A stretch of 64,000 nt of DNA from an uncultured cyanobacterium (GTDB lineage Bacteria; Cyanobacteriota; Cyanobacteriia; Cyanobacteriales; Cyanobacteriaceae), in NCBI GenBank assembly GCA_963749915.1, contig CAVVOP010000008.1, positions 416,001 to 480,000 on the forward strand, in the 5' to 3' direction. A program made the position numbers and the translations under genes. The notes under the pieces are model-generated. The model worked only from the letters and a program-made list of their open reading frames with translations. It did not search any database and was not told the DNA's origin. Positions 1 through 10,007 of this stretch are shown in pieces; within the stretch, counting starts at the first letter, position 1; every line of letters begins with the position of its first letter.

Positions 1-1
1 T

Positions 2-382
2 AACAGTTCTAAGTTAAGATTTAATTTCAAATCACCTCACCTTCAACAAGGTAAAGAAAACAGAATTGAGGAAGGAATTTCTATTGAATTACCTTTTAAT
101 GCAAAAATTACTATAGGCTCAAATCAAGATTCTCATATTTGTATTCCTGTCTTACCTTATAATTGTGCAGAAATTGAAATTAATAAAAGAGAGGTATCTA
201 TAACCGCTAACGGAAAAGGTTATGTTGTTGTTGATAATAAAGTATTGGGAAATGCTCAAAGTGAAAAATTGAAACATAATCAAATTTTGACTTTTATTGT
301 TCCCAAAAAACCTAATGAAAACCAGAGAATAAATTTTGTGAGGTTTGTTTTTTATGATCGTTTCTTGGATAGGCAGGCTTAG
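2..382 (+). CDS. 3' end of a gene running in from the left edge; FHA-like beta-rich C-terminal domain
   Basis: Frame from base 2 is open to TAG at 380-382 (...ITIGSNQDSHICIP...KLKHNQILTF...RFVFYDRFLDRQA*) and overlaps the start of the VWA gene. FHA similarity judged by eye. Confidence 0.5.
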   Translation, partial: NSSKLRFNFKSPHLQQGKENRIEEGISIELPFNAKITIGSNQDSHICIPVLPYNCAEIEINKREVSITANGKGYVVVDNKVLGNAQSEKLKHNQILTFIVPKKPNENQRINFVRFVFYDRFLDRQA

Positions 383-1524
383 TACTATTGCATTATCGTT
401 ATTATTAGTTAGTCCGTGTTGGGCTAAACCTGAAGTAACAGTAAATTCTGATAATACTAAAAGAGATACTATAAAGTTAAGACTAAGTGCAACGGATGAT
501 GGAGAACCACTTCCTAACTTGACGGCGGAAGACTTTGAGGTAATTTCTGATGGAGTATTAGTTCCCATAAAAAGTGTGATTCCACCACAAAAAAATCGTC
601 CTGCACCAGCTCGTCCTGTTATATTACTGGATATGAGTAATAGTATGCTCAGTTTGGATAGTTCGTGGCAAACTCGACAACAAGGTGCAATTCAAGCAAT
701 TCAAACAATTTTGACTCAGTTTAAGAATGCCCCTTTACAAGTTAATATTATTCCTTTTGGAGAAGGAGGTGGAACTTGTACTTCTGAGAGTTTTGTTCCT
801 AGTTCAGTTTCAGCCTATTTTAAAGAGGATAAGTTTTTTCCTCCCAATTCAGATTTTCTTCAACAACAACTTAATCAGTTAGCTCAGGCTAAACTTTGTG
901 CTTCAACGAATCTTTATGATCCTTTGGAGAAAACAATTAATTAATTATTTAAAACAGGAGGAGGCAAGAATAAACCAAAAAACCCAAGAGGAGAAAACTG
1001 TGCCAACTCGTTTTGGTATTATTTTATTATCTGACGGTTTTCAAAGTACTCCCCATAGAAAATGTAATCAAGATTATGAGCCAAAAAGATTTGAGCAGTT
1101 AGCAAAAACTATTAATGAAGCTGTACCTAAAATTACAATTCACACTCTGGGTTATGGTTTAACGTTAGAAGAATTAGGGGAAAAATGGGGTTTATCTCGC
1201 CCTGCTACTATTGAAGATGTAATTTGTCCTTACGGAAATGAAAGTCGAGCGAAAGATTTTGTTGACCAAAAAAGATTAGCAGAAATCGCTAAATTAGGAA
1301 GGGGAATTAGTGGTTTTTCAGCTAATGGGGCAGAAATCGCACAACAGTTAGAAGAATCTGTTAGGGCAATTTTAGGGGAGTATAAGCTAGTATTTGTACA
1401 GCCCGATGGAGAACCGGGAAAACTTTATAATGTAAAAGTTAGGCTTAATTTTAAGTCCGATTCTGTGGAAAGTTCAGTAGAAAGTTTTGAAAAAGAAATT
1501 AGTGTTTTTGATGAGAAGAAATAG
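354..1524 (+). pseudogene. Secreted von Willebrand factor A (VWA) domain protein, frameshifted
   Basis: Signal peptide, MIDAS motif LLDMSNSM, TNLYDPL, ILLSDG and IHTLGYG are split over ORFs 345-944 and 898-1524. Removing a 4-bp duplication in ACAATTAATTAATTAT (~933-948) restores ...LEKTINYLKQEE... Confidence 0.8.
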
Positions 1525-1671
1525 AAGATTTACCATACAATGATTTCTTATTAGAAAACAAAAAAGTTGCAATATTAGTATAGATTTAAGACTAATAAAA
1601 ATGAAGGTAAGGGCGCATCTAAAACCACTATTAGCAGTAAGGTTAAAAATTTAAAGTAAGAGGATTTTAAC

Positions 1672-1992
1672 ATGAGTACCGTAACAGACAATGATTTAGA
1701 CTTGATAGTATTAAAGAAAAAAATCAAACGTATAAAATCTGAAATTGAAGATGAATATCAAATAGAAGAATTAGGATTATTTGGCTCTTATGTAAGAGGT
1801 GAGCAAACAGGAGACAGTGATATAGATTTATTAGTGACGTTTAAACCAGAGGCTAGATTTGGGCTGGTTACATACTGTGAATTAGAAAATTTACTTAGCG
1901 AAAAATTAGGAAAGAAAGTCGATTTAGTTATGAAAAAAGATTTAAAACCTCATATAGGTAAATATATTTTAAATGAGGTAGTTTATCTATGA
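1672..1992 (+). CDS. Minimal nucleotidyltransferase (MNT/MntA-type antitoxin)
   Basis: LFGSYVRGEQTGDSDIDLLV (GS-x10-DxD) and KVDLV motifs; overlaps the HEPN gene by ATGA. Confidence 0.9.
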   Translation: MSTVTDNDLDLIVLKKKIKRIKSEIEDEYQIEELGLFGSYVRGEQTGDSDIDLLVTFKPEARFGLVTYCELENLLSEKLGKKVDLVMKKDLKPHIGKYILNEVVYL

Positions 1993-2309
1993 CTAAAAGA
2001 GAATTAAAAGATTATTTAGAAGATATTTTAGAAACATTATTAATTATTGAAACATTTACAGAAGATTTACCTTTCGATTCTTTTGTTAATGATAAAAAAA
2101 CCTTATTTGCTATAAATCACGCTATAGAAAGAATAGGAGAAGCTACTAAAAATATCCCTGAAAATATCAGAGTAAAATATCCTCATATAAAATGGAAAGG
2201 ATTAACTGGTATGAGGGATAAAATCATTCATTATTATTTTGGTATTAACTATCAAATTGTCTGGGATATAAAATCGTTAAATTTTTCTTTTAATTTTTTA
2301 TTTTCTTGA
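1989..2309 (+). CDS. HepT-like HEPN ribonuclease toxin (DUF86); last helix apparently replaced
   Basis: YLEDIL, IERIGEATKNIP, MRDKIIHYY (Rx4H) and IVWDI, followed by an unrelated tail KSLNFSFNFLFS. Confidence 0.8.
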   Translation: MTKRELKDYLEDILETLLIIETFTEDLPFDSFVNDKKTLFAINHAIERIGEATKNIPENIRVKYPHIKWKGLTGMRDKIIHYYFGINYQIVWDIKSLNFSFNFLFS

Positions 2310-2450
2310 TTTAATTCAGTGTATTTGAACCATAAAAATCCATTAAAACCTAATAGAATTATAGTTAACTAATAGACATCTCCAAAATATAATAATATCA
2401 GAAAATTAGTATAATAACTTTAACTTCTGAGGTAAAAAATATCAAAAACA

Positions 2451-3287
2451 ATGAATAATTATACTTGGAACTATATTCAGAGCCATCCCCAAGAAACTAA
2501 AAGACTATTAGGTATTAATTATGATCAGTTGCAAGATTTAGGGAAATATCTAAAATTGCTAGAAGAACAAGAGAATCAAAAACAAGAACAAAAGAAGATA
2601 AGAATTAATAAAGTAGGAGGTGGAAGGGATGAAAAAATAAGTAAAGAAGAACAAATAATTATGACTTTGGTTTATCTCAGACACCATCTTAATTTTCAGT
2701 TATTAGCATTAATGTTTAAAGTGAGTGAAAGTACTGCTAATAATGTGTTTCATAAATGGCAAAAATTATTAGAATTAGCCTTACCTTCTTCCTTACGAGA
2801 ACAAGTAAAAAAGTTCGAGGATAGTCTAGAAGAAATCAAAAAAATCTTAACTAATTATGAGCTCATAGTAGATACAGAAGAACAAGAAATAGAAAGAAGT
2901 CTAGACTATGAAGAACAAAAAAAGCATTATTCAGGAAAGAAAAAAATGCAGACTTTTAAAAATCAAGTAATTTGTTTGCCAAAAGGGGAAGATATAGTAG
3001 ATGTAGTAGGAGGAGAACTAGGACCAAAAGCTGACATAACTATTTGGAGGGAAAATGCAGATATATTTGTAGAGCATCTAATTAGAATAATCAAAATATT
3101 TAAGGTTATGGGAGAAAGATTTAGACTAAAAAAAGAGGAGTATGAATCAGTTTTTTTGAGCGTTTGTGGTTTGGTAAGATTAAGAATGGGAACTTTAATA
3201 ATTGAACATCGGAAAACGAGTGAAACGGGAGAAATAATTGATGTTCTGTTAACCCATATTTTTTCATCAAAATTGGATTTTTCTTGA
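2451..3287 (+). pseudogene. Transposase (HTH_Tnp_4 + DDE_Tnp_4-like) missing the central catalytic segment
   Basis: HTH region (LVYLRHHLNFQLLALMFKVSESTAN), IVDTEEQ and YSGKKK are present. WRENADIF joins directly to VEHLIR with no GDKAY-type motif between. Confidence 0.75.
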
Positions 3288-3317
3288 TTTTTGACGAAAT
3301 AACAGGATTAAGAGCCG

Positions 3318-3356
3318 GCGATCGCGCAGCGCCGTTTCACGATCACGAAGTGGCGC
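3318..3356. repeat. 31-bp GC-rich micro-insertion at a HIP1 site (SDR5-like)
   Basis: IS copy 1 reads GCGATCGC-GCAGCGCCGTTTCACGATCACGAAGTGGCGC-CCTAGG, whereas copy 2 reads GCGATCGC-CCTAGG. Confidence 0.85.
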
Positions 3357-3718
3357 CCTAGGAGTAAAAAGGTTTCAAATGCTTATAATGAAAGAATCAT
3401 AAATTTTTGGAGATGTCTATTACCAGCATACGATTTCTTTGTCCCCGTTGGCTCTCGATCATCCTGGCGATCGTGCTTTCCTCATCTTCAATCTCAATCT
3501 CCACCGTCGCAAAGCGATGACAAACAAGATACTGAAACGCTTGCAGGCAAAAGCTTTTAGCCTTAAAGTCATTTCTTGTACACTTGTTGATACTGCTTAC
3601 ACTATTATAGCATACAGTAAAAAACTCTTGTATTTAAAAATGAAAAATACTAAACTTATGGCAGAAGTTAGATAATAAGCTACGAATAATCGTTTTTCTG
3701 CTCTTTTTTCCTCTATTT

Positions 3719-4885
3719 ATGCGAGATATTCAACAACATCGACAACAATTTTCTGGTTTAAAGGATAAATTCTATTTTAATTTTGGTGGGCAGGGAATTT
3801 TACCCAAATCAGCTTTACAAAAAATTATTGACACCTATCACCATATTGATCAAGTTGGTCCTTTTGGTCTCAAAATTAATACTTGGGTACAGGAAAATCT
3901 TAGTGCAACTAAACAAGCCATCGCCTCGGAAATTGGGGCGACACCAGAAACTATCACCCTAACAGAGAATGTTAGTGCTAGTTGTAATATTCCTTTATGG
4001 GGAATTCAATGGCAAGAAGGGGAAGAAATTCTACTAACTGATGCCGAACATCCAGGAATAGTTGCTATCGCCAAGGAAATTAGCCGTCGTTTTGGGGTTA
4101 AAATTGTCACCTGTCCGATTCTTGAGACTCTCAATGAAGGTAATCCCGTAGAAGTTATCCAAAATCATCTTAGTCCTCATACTCGCTTAGTAATTATCAG
4201 TCATATTCTTTGGAATACCGGGCAAATTTTACCTTTAAAAGAGATTGTCTCCGCCTGTCATAATTATGACCACAGTAAACAACAAATTCAAGTTTTAGTA
4301 GACGGTGCACAATCCGCTGGAAGTTTGCCCTTAAATTTAATAGAGTCAGAGATTGATTTTTATGGTTGTACGGGTCATAAATGGTTATGTGGTCCTTCTG
4401 GGGTTGGTTTTCTCTATGTCAGACGAGATTTAATTTCTTCCCTCTCCCCCACCTTTATCGGTTGGCGTGGCCTAAATTACTCCAAAAGTGACTTACCTTT
4501 TACCGATGATGGTCGTCGTTATGAAGTGGCAACTTCCGCTTATCCCTTATATGCTGCCTTACAAGAAGCGATCGCAGTTCATCAACGGTGGGGGACAATA
4601 AAGCAACGTTACGATCTTATTTGTCAATTAAGTAGTTATTTATGGGAAGAATTAACCAAGGTGGAAGGCATTAAGTGTTTGAAAAAGACTGCACCAGAAT
4701 CGGGGTTAGTGTCTTTTTATCTAAGAAATGGAAAGGATGCCAATAAAATGGTTAAAATTTTGGAAGAAAAAGGGTTTTATTTACGCACTTTAGCTAATCC
4801 TTATTGTATTCGAGCCTGCGTTCATTATCTAACTTTGGAAACGGAAATTGAGGCATTAATAAAAGGTATTAAAGATGAAAATTAG
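3719..4885 (+). CDS. Class V PLP enzyme, L-cysteine/cystine C-S lyase (C-DES-like)
   Basis: YFNFGGQGILP, VDGAQSAG and TGHKWLCGP (PLP lysine). Confidence 0.85.
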   Translation: MRDIQQHRQQFSGLKDKFYFNFGGQGILPKSALQKIIDTYHHIDQVGPFGLKINTWVQENLSATKQAIASEIGATPETITLTENVSASCNIPLWGIQWQEGEEILLTDAEHPGIVAIAKEISRRFGVKIVTCPILETLNEGNPVEVIQNHLSPHTRLVIISHILWNTGQILPLKEIVSACHNYDHSKQQIQVLVDGAQSAGSLPLNLIESEIDFYGCTGHKWLCGPSGVGFLYVRRDLISSLSPTFIGWRGLNYSKSDLPFTDDGRRYEVATSAYPLYAALQEAIAVHQRWGTIKQRYDLICQLSSYLWEELTKVEGIKCLKKTAPESGLVSFYLRNGKDANKMVKILEEKGFYLRTLANPYCIRACVHYLTLETEIEALIKGIKDEN

Positions 4886-5096
4886 TGTCAAAGTAAAACC
4901 TAAATCTAAACAACGAAAGATTGAGCAAAATCTTGAAGGCATTTGGATTATAAACCTAAAATCACCACCAACTGACGGTAAAGCTAACCAAGAATTAATA
5001 AATTTTATCGCTCAAGAATTTAAAGTAAAAAAATCTCACGTAACCGTAAAATCAGGATTATCCAACCAAAATAAAATTATCGAAATTGATGATTAA
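4875..5096 (+). CDS. DUF167/YggU family protein
   Basis: VKVKPKSK...SPPTDGKANQELI...SGLSNQNK. Confidence 0.85.
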   Translation: MKISVKVKPKSKQRKIEQNLEGIWIINLKSPPTDGKANQELINFIAQEFKVKKSHVTVKSGLSNQNKIIEIDD

Positions 5097-5120
5097 TTTT
5101 CTATTTTTTTATTAATAAAA

Positions 5121-5444
5121 TTAGGAATTTCTTAGCCTTCCTTCTAACTCTGATTTATCATTGATAATCTCAAAAACATGGCCCATGTTAGTAAGATCAA
5201 ATAACATTTTAACTTGATCATTTAAGGACATTAAAAACAATCTGCCGCCACTGCCGCGAATCATTTTTAAAATCATTACTAATGTACCCAAGCCAGAACT
5301 ATCCATAAAAGTTATTTTTTTGAAATCAATGAGAATAATATTAATCCCTTCACTGATTAACTCACTGATTTGTTCACGAAATTGGGTTGATTTAGCATTG
5401 TCGAGAACGCCTTCGGGACGAAGAACTTTTACTTTGGGTAACAT
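5121..5444 (-). CDS. STAS-domain anti-sigma factor antagonist
   Basis: ITFMDSSGLGTLV motif. Confidence 0.9.
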   Translation of the reverse strand: MLPKVKVLRPEGVLDNAKSTQFREQISELISEGINIILIDFKKITFMDSSGLGTLVMILKMIRGSGGRLFLMSLNDQVKMLFDLTNMGHVFEIINDKSELEGRLRNS

Positions 5445-5555
5445 TGATAATGGATTTCGGTGATAAATGATTATATAGTTATCCTAGCGGAAATTGGGCT
5501 AAATAAACTGTTAAATTATCATTAACCTTTTATTTCATTCCTTTTATGTTATTGA

Positions 5556-6170
5556 TTAACTCGGTTTTTTTTGGTAATATTTGATCCACGTAGAAATAAA
5601 AATCCACCCCATCAAGATGAATAAGAGCACAAAGCCAAATTGAGCAATTAAACTAATTAATTGGGTTAAAGGGATAATCATACCGACGAAATAAGCCAAC
5701 GTGACCACGATTGTGCCCCACACTGCCGCCCCCATGAAATTATAAAATAGAAATTTAGCATAAGGCATTTCGACAATTCCGGCGATCGGACCGGCAAATA
5801 TCCGTAATAATGTGACAAAACGTCCAAAAAAGACGGCTTTAGCGGCATTTTCCAGAAATTTACTTTTCGCCTTTTCCACCTTTTCATCAGGAAGACTGAA
5901 AAAGCGGGATAATTTGAGTAAAAATGGCCAACCGCCAATTCTGCCAAGCCAATAACCAAAATTATCCCCTGTTATGGCACCGGCAATGGCAGTCAGTAAA
6001 ACTAACCAGTAGTTTAATTCTCCACTACCTGCTAAAAACCCGCCAATGATAGTGATGGTTTCCCCCGGAATCGGTATTCCCGTATTTTCGATGGCAATGC
6101 CCGCAAAAACGGCCCAATAACCGTAATTATGTGCTAATTCTTTGAGTTGTTCTAGTGAAAAAAATTCCAT
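5556..6170 (-). CDS. DedA family membrane protein
   Basis: ENTGIPIPGE, GDNFGYWLGR and FFGRFVTLLR. Confidence 0.9.
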   Translation of the reverse strand: MEFFSLEQLKELAHNYGYWAVFAGIAIENTGIPIPGETITIIGGFLAGSGELNYWLVLLTAIAGAITGDNFGYWLGRIGGWPFLLKLSRFFSLPDEKVEKAKSKFLENAAKAVFFGRFVTLLRIFAGPIAGIVEMPYAKFLFYNFMGAAVWGTIVVTLAYFVGMIIPLTQLISLIAQFGFVLLFILMGWIFISTWIKYYQKKPS

Positions 6171-6255
6171 TATATAATGAGTTCGGAGTTAAGATACTAT
6201 AAAATATCCTTAAGAGTTAGAAGAAAATTAATTGTTAACTGTTAATTGTTAACGG

Positions 6256-6831
6256 TTAACTATATCTATCTAGTAAGGCCTGTAAACCGCCTTCAAACCC
6301 CGAGCCTACAGCATTAACACGCCATTCACCATCTTTGTTGTATAATTCCGCCATGATGACAGCGGTTTCTACGGAAAAGTCTTCGGTTAAGTCATAGCGT
6401 AAAATTTCTTCTTTAGTTTGCACATCCACAAGGCGAATATAGGCATTCGTAACTTGTCCAAAATTTTGGTGTCTTTTATCGGCATCGAAAATGGTAACAG
6501 TAACTATTATTTTAGCGATGTCAGAAGGTACTTTACGCAAATCCACGATCAGTCCCTCGTCATCTCCTTCTCCTTCTCCTGTGCGATTATCCCCTAAAAG
6601 TTTGATACATTGATCTGGATCAGGACTAATTAGGTTATTGTAGAAAATAAAATGTTTATCAGAAACTAATTTTTCGTTAGCACCCACAAGAAACACGGAT
6701 ACATCTAAATCATATTCGCCTCCGGTGTCTGTAGAGTTTACATCCCAACCTAAACCAATAAATCCTGCCACTAGGCTTGGTGCAACTTTAGCTAATGAAA
6801 TTCTTTGTCCTTTTTGTAGTGAAATAGTCAT
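6256..6831 (-). CDS. TerD family stress protein
   Basis: GLGWD, DLDVS, FIFYNN, GDNRTGEGEGDDE and QNFGQV. Confidence 0.92.
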   Translation of the reverse strand: MTISLQKGQRISLAKVAPSLVAGFIGLGWDVNSTDTGGEYDLDVSVFLVGANEKLVSDKHFIFYNNLISPDPDQCIKLLGDNRTGEGEGDDEGLIVDLRKVPSDIAKIIVTVTIFDADKRHQNFGQVTNAYIRLVDVQTKEEILRYDLTEDFSVETAVIMAELYNKDGEWRVNAVGSGFEGGLQALLDRYS

Positions 6832-6842
6832 AATATATTGAT

Positions 6843-7880
6843 ATGAAATTTAGTGATCTTATTAGTCAGTTATCACCTCAAGCCCACAGTCTTAACACAC
6901 ATCCTGAGTTCAATCCTGAGCTGAATGGTATTATGCCCATTGATCAAGCAACGGTTAATACATTAAGCCATATTGATGGTGATAAGTTTGCAAGGATGAT
7001 AGCCGTTACTAACGCTTCTGCTCTTATTTTACCACTAGATTCCTCGTTGCAAGAAGAAGCTACAAAAAGAGGTATTGCTTGGCTATCTTCTGGTTCTCCT
7101 CGTGTTACTTTTGCTCAAGCCATTAGTTTGTTTTATCAACCCTTTCAACCCGGACCACAAATTCACCCTACCGCTATCATTGCCGATGATGTCAAATTAG
7201 GTAAAAATGTCGCTATTGCCGCTCATGTCGTTATCGAAAAGGGTGTTACCATCGGTGATCACGCCTGTATTTTTCCCAATGTCGTAATTTATCCCCAGGT
7301 TACCATTGGCGATCGCACTATTATTCACGCTAATGCTACCATTGAAGAAAGAAGTCAAATCGGGGCAGATTGTGTTCTTCATAGTGGTGTGGTAATTGGG
7401 GGGGAAGGCTTCGGTTTTGTTCCCACTCCCGAAGGTTGGTATAAAATGCCACAATCTGGCTATGTAGTGTTAGAAGATGGAGTGGATATTGGCTGCAACA
7501 GTACAGTCGATCGCCCAGCTGTGGGTATTACTCGCATTGGGAAAAACACCAAGTTAGATAATTTAGTTCATGTGGGGCATAATGGCGATATTGGTGAAAA
7601 CTGCGCCTTAGCCGCCCAGGTTGGTTTAGCCGGAGGGGTAAAATTAGGTAATAGAGTCATTCTTGCGGGACAAGTAGGAGTTGCCAATAAAGTACAAATC
7701 GGAGATAATGCCATCGCCTCTGCACAAACAGGCATACACCACGACGTGAAAACAGGAGAAACGGTATCAGGCTCTCCAGCAGTAAGTAATAAGCTATATT
7801 TAAAAGTATCGGCTATTTATAAGAAATTGCCAGAAATTTACAAAATAGTTAAGGAATTGCAGAAAAAAATTGATCAATAA
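6843..7880 (+). CDS. lpxD: UDP-3-O-(3-hydroxyacyl)glucosamine N-acyltransferase
   Basis: Hexapeptide repeats, IGGEGFGFV and TKLDNLVHVGHN. Confidence 0.95.
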   Translation: MKFSDLISQLSPQAHSLNTHPEFNPELNGIMPIDQATVNTLSHIDGDKFARMIAVTNASALILPLDSSLQEEATKRGIAWLSSGSPRVTFAQAISLFYQPFQPGPQIHPTAIIADDVKLGKNVAIAAHVVIEKGVTIGDHACIFPNVVIYPQVTIGDRTIIHANATIEERSQIGADCVLHSGVVIGGEGFGFVPTPEGWYKMPQSGYVVLEDGVDIGCNSTVDRPAVGITRIGKNTKLDNLVHVGHNGDIGENCALAAQVGLAGGVKLGNRVILAGQVGVANKVQIGDNAIASAQTGIHHDVKTGETVSGSPAVSNKLYLKVSAIYKKLPEIYKIVKELQKKIDQ

Positions 7881-8009
7881 ACTTGTTTCACTCGATGTTC
7901 AAGTTTTCGAGAATAAGCAGAATCCTGAGCGTGTTAAGATGTGGTTCTGTCAGCTATCTCAATGAAAATTATTGCTTTGGTAAAATGAAGATTATTACTT
8001 TTGTAAGAC

Positions 8010-8160
8010 GATCTTTTGGTGGCTATACGGCTTTAGCCTTAGCTGGGGCAACGATCGATTTTGAGAATTTAAGCAAAACATGCGAGCGCAAAATATGGGG
8101 ACCAAATCTTTATTCCCGTATTTTTAGGTGCTGGAAGTAATGATCCCGCAGCCCCAGCAG
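8010..8160 (+). pseudogene. Fragments of an alpha/beta hydrolase
   Basis: SFGGYTALALAGA (nucleophile elbow) and, in another frame ~100 bp later, IPVFLGAGSNDPAAP; intervening sequence is missing. Confidence 0.6.
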
Positions 8161-8636
8161 CCCCTGATACTGTTGGTCAACTTAACATTAAAGCTAAAAA
8201 ATTTTGGGTCTCAGGAGTCAGGAATCAGGAGTAATAAGAATTTATTTAGGTAAAAAGAAAGATAAAATTATTATCATCATGTTTTTTCCCCAATAAAAAG
8301 CTTATTTATCGGTTTGCTCGGAATTATTTTTAAATTAAACCTTCACCGATTCACCGTTTCTGTCTCCTGTCTTCTAGCCTCGACCTATTTATTAAGTTCG
8401 CCAACAGAGTCACATTCTGGGCAGACCCCAGAATTACGCCCTCAAAATTTACTTCAGCACTTTAAATGCCCTGTTCCTATTTGTTCCTATTCCCTACCCT
8501 CACAATTTCCCTAATTCAAAGCATCGATTCTTAACACGACTTGACAATTCATCATGACTGGCAATTTTGAATAATTTTGAGAAAGTTCTTAAGGAAATAT
8601 GGTTGTTTGAGTGTATTCAAGCGATCGCTACAGACA

Positions 8637-9900
8637 TTATTCTTTCGTTTTTTTGCCAAGTCGTGTCTTAATCAGATCGTAATTGTTCTGGTGCAGATTT
8701 TCAATCAATTGCTCTATGTTATCTTCTGGTACACCTAAGTCTTTCAATATATCTTTGGCTCTGAAAAGAGTGCTCTCCACAAAAATCGTTGCGGCTTTAA
8801 TTCCTTGGGATTCAAGATAGGTTTTCTCCGCCAGATTTGATACTCTCGCATAGATCATCAAGTGAGGATAAAGACTTTTTAAGGTAATCGCTATTGCCTT
8901 AATCCGCTCGAAATCTTTACTGGAAATGAATACCCCTTTGGCTTTGTTCAGACTGACAACCTCTTGTCCCACATTAGAAAGAATATCACCAAAATTAGCT
9001 TTAAAACCTGCTCTTATAGCATTTTCTGCTAGTTCTATTGATCTATCTATACCAATGTAGGGAATGTCAGCTTTTTCTACAATCAAAGCAGTGATCTGTC
9101 CCACGTTGTCTAGACCGACGAGCACTAAATGATTACTCATTTCTTCCTGGCTAGCTCTGGTTAACGTGCTAGGGGTAGAAAAAAAAGCACAAAGGTAAAC
9201 TCTCCCACCTGAGAGAGAGCAAAAGCAGTACGAATCCTAGTAGCTAAATCGATTTTAAAGAAACGACAAAACCACATCAACACTAAGACCTTGATGATCA
9301 TGACTATGGCTACATAGGTAAGAACCAGTGGCCATTGGGAAAAGAAGACGTTTACATTAATAGACATTCCCACTGAAATGAAGAAGAGTCCCATCAGTGT
9401 ACTCTTAAAAGGAGCGACCAAGGCGGCAACCTGATAACGGTATACCGATCCTGAGAGTATTACTCCCAAGCAAAAAGCACCGAGATCCATCGAGATCCCT
9501 ACTAGCTCCATTATCCATGCCGCAGAGAGAATGCCCAGTAAGATGACCAAGCCAAAGGATTCCATATCCCGTTTTTTGGTGACAAAGGACAAAACTGTGG
9601 GAAGAATGTATCGTCCTCCGATAAAAAGAATGAGAAAAGCCCCTATAGTTATGAGCAGTTGTAGGGCGAAGGGTTGTTGAGATTCCGTGGCTACCTGAGA
9701 AGAGAGTAGAGGAATCAAAGCCATCACTGGCACGATACAAATATCCTGCGCCATCAGAATCGCAAAAATGTTCTGTCCAGACTTAGTCGAGAGTTCACCC
9801 CGATCGGCTAAAATGGTCATCACAACTGCGGTAGATGACATAGCTAAACCCAGACCTAAGAGTGTGGCACTTTGCCAATGTGCAATTTTCGAATGTTCAA
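8637..9900 (-). pseudogene. KefB/KefC-like CPA2 cation:proton antiporter with TrkA-N domain; 5'-truncated and internally deleted
   Basis: GLGLAMSSTAVV, ILMAQD, LGAFCLGVIL, PFKSTLMGLFFISVGM and LSQVGEF; break near 9170-9185; RCK domain HLVLVGLDNVG. Confidence 0.8.
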
Positions 9901-10007
9901 CACATAAAAACTGGTTGATAATGTATCATATCTCTAAGTGCTTCATGCAAACTTTATATTTAAAACCGAAAAAATCAGTGTGTCCATATTATGGTGTAGG
10001 AGGGAAA

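Larger units (their letters stand above)
2373..3419 (+). mobile_element. IS5-family (ISL2/IS702-like) element, copy 1, internally deleted
   Basis: Terminal inverted repeats TAGACATCTCCAAAA / TTTTGGAGATGTCTA; near-identical inverted copy at 23216-25344. Confidence 0.9.

Noticed and set aside
3421..3675. 78-aa plus-strand ORF, and a reverse-strand ParB-like scrap (ATVEIEIEDEESTIARMIESQRGQRN)
   Set aside because: The ORF has no motif or RBS, and the scrap is too short to assign
9768..10007. 80-aa N-terminal extension of the porin
   Set aside because: Overlaps the antisense Kef pseudogene; the RBS and signal peptide fit ATG 10008
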